This document shows positions 39,320 through 43,099 of a stretch of DNA of 43,099 bases, one piece after another. The position numbers and the translations under genes are program-made. The DNA is taken from positions 1 to 43,099 of the forward strand of contig LWCA01000185.1 in NCBI GenBank assembly GCA_001642005.1. The letters run 5' to 3'. The notes beneath the pieces were generated by a model. It was not told the DNA's origin and made no database searches. It saw nothing but the letters and a program-made list of their open reading frames with translations. Source of the DNA: Intoshia linei (Eukaryota; Animalia; Orthonectida). The number at the start of each line of letters is the position of its first letter. Position 1 is the first letter of the stretch.

Positions 39320-39537
39320 CAAGAAGTTGAACAAAAAAAAAATGATATTTATGCTGTCGTGTATTGGTTATGCAGTCGGCCTTGGAAATGTATGGAGGTT
39401 TCCATACCTGTGTTACAAGCATGCAGGAGCATGCATGTTATTTTTAATTGGAATACCCATTTTTTTATTTGAATTGTGCATAGGACAATTTACTAGCAGA
39501 GGCCCAGTATATTGTTATAAACATGTGCCTCTTTTTG
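39320..39537 (+). pseudogene. SLC6 sodium:neurotransmitter symporter N-terminal fragment
   Basis: FMLSCIGYAVGLGNVWRFPYLCYK...GIPIFLFELCIGQF is the SLC6 signature. The FLIPY segment is deleted and similarity stops after VPLF. Confidence 0.9.
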
Positions 39538-39845
39538 TATTTACTGCTCTCTTTATTGCTTTACCAGATTTACCAGAAGCTAGAATACCTTTAGAGGTGC
39601 AGTTTAAGGGAGAGTACGCGGAGCATGCCACTCTAGCGTACAACCAATTGTCGGCTGGCATAATTAATTTAGACGTGCGAAGTTTCCGAGAATTCATGAT
39701 GCCCATGATATCGACTCGAGGACAAATGCAACAGCTTTCAAAGTCTCAAGTCACTATTTAGCTATAAACAAAAAAGTAATTTTTGTTTTAAAATTTGATT
39801 AAGCAAAAAAAGTATTTCTTTGCTTTTAAATTGTTATTTGTTACA

Positions 39846-40891
39846 ATGGCTAATATAAAAATTATAGATACTGGTGATTATAGTTATCAAAATAAATCCA
39901 CAATTGACAAACTCACTGGCATAAGTTTGGACGTTGCTGGATATGGAACTGATTGTTGTGCTAAATTGATGAAACAAATAATGTTAGTTGCAAAAAAATT
40001 AAAAATAAAATGTTGTACTGAATGTTTAGATGTTTTGTGTCAAGGAATATTGTTGCAAGATAGTTTGTATACAGTTACAGAAAAATACAGCGATTGCACC
40101 ATTTGGATGGTAAGATTATGGGGGCTACTTTAAGTTTTGCTTTTAAAATGTTAACATGTTAGTTGAATGGTAATAATAATTGTTGTTTGAAACATACTAT
40201 TTTAAATAGTTTTTTGACGACTCATGCTGTATATAATATGTTTGGTTGTCCAAAGACTTGTATAGCTAATGCCCAAATGAATACTATAGTAATGGATGGT
40301 ATATTAGATATCTTCCAATCTTTTTCCCCTTTTTCAAAAGCTGATGGATATAGATTAAAGCGGGCTGCTGATTTTTCAAGGAGTTTCACTTCAATGTTTA
40401 CTCTTATGGAGAAAGTTTCACTGTTTATGGCGCGATTTATTGATTATACGATGAATGCGTTTACTGAGTTGAATTCAGTAGTTCCTAATAATGTTGCGGA
40501 TTGGGTAAATAACGTCTCTAAAGTTGAAGTTATTTATTGTGAATCTGATGTTTTCCTGTCCAATAAAGAAGCTATGTCTAAGTTCGTTACACATAGAAAA
40601 AATATATATGATCTTTATAAACAAGGAAAGATTTACTTAGCGAAGTTTGAGCTATTGCCACAACAGTCGTTTATTGCTAAACTTGTTTTGGCTAAAGTTA
40701 AAGCCTTAGAGAAAATTATTAACCAGTGTTTATCTCTATATATAGGGAATGATCGTAAGGATAAACCTTTGTTAATTTATTTGTATGGAAAAGCAGGTAT
40801 AGGAAAAACAGTTTGTATAAATCATGTTTTTACAGATGTTTTTGCTGCCCTAAACCGTAAACTTATAATGCTAGTAGTGATAAATACTGCT
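39846..40891 (+). pseudogene. Endogenous viral element 2: picorna-like polyprotein fragment up to the SF3 (2C) helicase Walker A
   Basis: RKDKPLLIYLYGKAGIGKT matches R..P..I.L.G..G.GK[ST]. It is preceded by a 2B/2C-like helical region (DWVNNV...LYKQGKIY) and an AQ/M cleavage-like site. Intronless, interrupted near 40133; the assignment of 39846-40160 is weaker. Confidence 0.75.
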
Positions 40892-40959
40892 ACTATTTAG
40901 CCAAAAATCGACTTGAGTATGATTTAGTGGAATTAATCGCTTAAGGGACATGCATATTT

Positions 40960-42010
40960 GATGGTATAATCTACACTATCTGCGATGATAGACCAGATTC
41001 ATATATAAAAGAGATATCTTGCAGTGGGCTTAATTAATGCTAAGACCATTGCGGATGTTGGACATCATCTATTATGGTTATGACTCTGGCTAATAATAGA
41101 AATAGTAATATCTACAACCAAAAGTACAGTAAGCGGTGTACAAAAGCTTTGTCCAACATACGTAAGCGGAAATCTATTTAGCTAAGTGCTTCCTATTAAA
41201 ATATTTGCCAAATCTGAAGTTCAGGGTTGAATGGCTTCAGTTAAAAAAGATGACATTAACAAGGGGCATGGAGAATGATGTCTGTATGACAGACATTATT
41301 GATCCAAAGTTTGGTAGTATTATTTTTGACAAGTTATGGACAATGGCGAACCCAAATAGATTGACCACAGTAAAAGTATTAATAGCTGCCGTAGATCAAA
41401 AAAACTTCGGTGTCCCAAGATTAATGGCAAATTGGTCATTAGCTGTAACTGTGAACAAAGTAGTTGAGAAGTTCATAGACTTCTATTGTGTTCCTAATTG
41501 GAAAAACTACATTCCATCATTATTAGACGATAACTTAAAAATCACATGCGGTGAACTAACAACGTGGTTACGCAAGTGCTATGAAGCGAAAATAGGACGA
41601 TTAGATAGAGCAATCTATGAATCATTGTTTAAAGCTGAATACAATCCGTCACTATAGGGAATAATAAAACCAGTAATGACTAACGCATACATTACTAAAC
41701 TACCCAAAGAGCAAGTCATTAATGCGTCGAAACCTCTTGTAAATAGTATATATTCACCGCTGTTTAAACAGATATTAAATATATTAAGATGTTAAAGCTA
41801 AATATAGCTGTAAAAATTGATTATTCAAACAAAAAAATATCAAATTTTATGAACGTATATCACCCATCAACAGCACAATATGTAGAAGCAGATATGTTTT
41901 CCTTCGACAAAAGTCAGAATGCACTGAGTATATGTGATTTTCTTTATCTATGTCACATTTATGGGATGTCGAAAAACGACATAGACGTGTGGCATCACTT
42001 ACATATAATA
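40960..42010 (+). pseudogene. Endogenous viral element 3: second, distinct virga-like RdRp fragment
   Basis: KLWTMANPNRLTTVKVLIAAVDQKNFGVPRL...KFIDFYCVPN...*GIIKPVM...LPKEQVINASKPLVNSIYSPLFKQI...YVEADMFSFDKSQ...YGM...W..LH. Stop at 41657 and a frameshift near 41789. Confidence 0.85.
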
Positions 42011-42489
42011 TATATAAGTAACTCTTCACATTCAGTGTCTTTCAAAAATAGCTGTCAAACTCATATTTAATATTCATAAGCATCAAAATAAAGATGCAGA
42101 TTGCAAATAATTGCGTCAATATGAAAACAATATAATTAATTTAGTAAAATATAATAGCTATTATAACATCAGAAACGGTATTCACTTTGATAGCATCATA
42201 AAATGTGTAATTAACCACAATTTCTCAAAGGGGAACGTGTAATAATATTAATAATATCTTTAACTTTATTATTTAACAATATTATATTATGGACGTTCCA
42301 CGAGAAATGCAAGACAAGATTTTCCAGTGTAAATCTAATGCAATCTACATGAAGTGACACAGTAGATTTAAGGTATACATCCATGAACACTCGTTGGAGA
42401 AGAACTTCAATAGTGTATTAGTATTTTAGTAAAAGTATGAAACGGGTGTTTCTACTGCTTTGAGCAATGTCGTTTCAAGTTCCGATGTG

Positions 42490-42830
42490 AGTTCAAGGTT
42501 CAAATATTCACTGCATTGCTGCGATGTCTGCAACTTATATATTATTAAGTAGAATATTTAACTTCAAGACTCACCGAGGCTCATTTAAAGGTAATAATTG
42601 CAATGACTGGTTAAGAAGTTTGATTGATCAATGTACCAAAATGGGCGTAATCTCACCTACGTTTGTCATAGACAATGCTCCTGTTCACAGGAAACTTGAA
42701 TCTGTCATAAGAATTGGTGAAGATGCTGAAATTATACGCTTAGTTCCTTATTCATATTTGCTAAATCCAATCGAGCTTTCATGGAGTTGTTTCAAAAACG
42801 AAATAAAAATTAAGCTTAGGTACTTATTAC
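42490..42830 (+). mobile_element. IS630/Tc1 DDE transposase fragment
   Basis: GSNIHCIAAMS...GSFKG...FVIDNAPVH...LVPYSYLLNPIELSWSCFK. Confidence 0.88.
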
Positions 42831-43099
42831 TTATTGAAATACTTATTATATTAGAGATGAAATGCGATGAAATGTGAACAATTATACCATAAAAAATGTA
42901 ATAGATGGATCAAAAATTTCTGTAAATAGTGATAGATTAAAAAAATTAACTTAGATTTCATTTTTATTCTTTAAAGTTTGTACAGCATTACTGCACCAAA
43001 TTAAAATAGTTAATATTACCAAATATGCGATGATGTTTACACCATAAATGTTTTTCCACACACTTATAGCTAATTACACAGCTGCTTAGTATACGCATA

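Noticed and set aside
38016-42010. Intact virus genome or RNA-virus contamination
   Set aside because: Fragments carry stops and frameshifts, lack GDD, come from different virus groups and are joined to host-like DNA. Misassembly still needs excluding with reads.

Overview
Very AT-rich eukaryotic (metazoan-type) genomic DNA with spliceosomal introns mostly 35-45 nt long, tightly packed genes and many decayed DNA transposons. This is consistent with a compact-genome invertebrate parasite such as an orthonectid, but that assignment is inference only. Genes reconstructed by hand: TBP (3' part), a membrane Sel1-repeat protein, a near full-length Dicer (start codon uncertain; one GC-AG intron), CTF8, a divergent tail-anchored Bcl-2-family protein (BCL2L13/Bcl-rambo-like), an orphan ORF, ITPA/HAM1, MTR4 (SKIV2L2) and an RWD+RING protein. 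There is also a decayed MTR4 duplicate fused to a CCCH zinc finger and an orphan last exon of an eIF4A/eIF4A3-type helicase. The most striking region is about 38.0-42.8 kb: a junction-rich, mostly co-oriented array of non-retroviral RNA-virus fragments (two different virga/Martellivirales-like RdRp pieces and a picorna-like SF3 helicase piece) mixed with a host SLC6 fragment and a Tc1/IS630 fragment. It is a candidate small-RNA 'viral memory' cluster, close to Dicer and MTR4. All calls come from manual translation and remembered motifs; no database searches were run.
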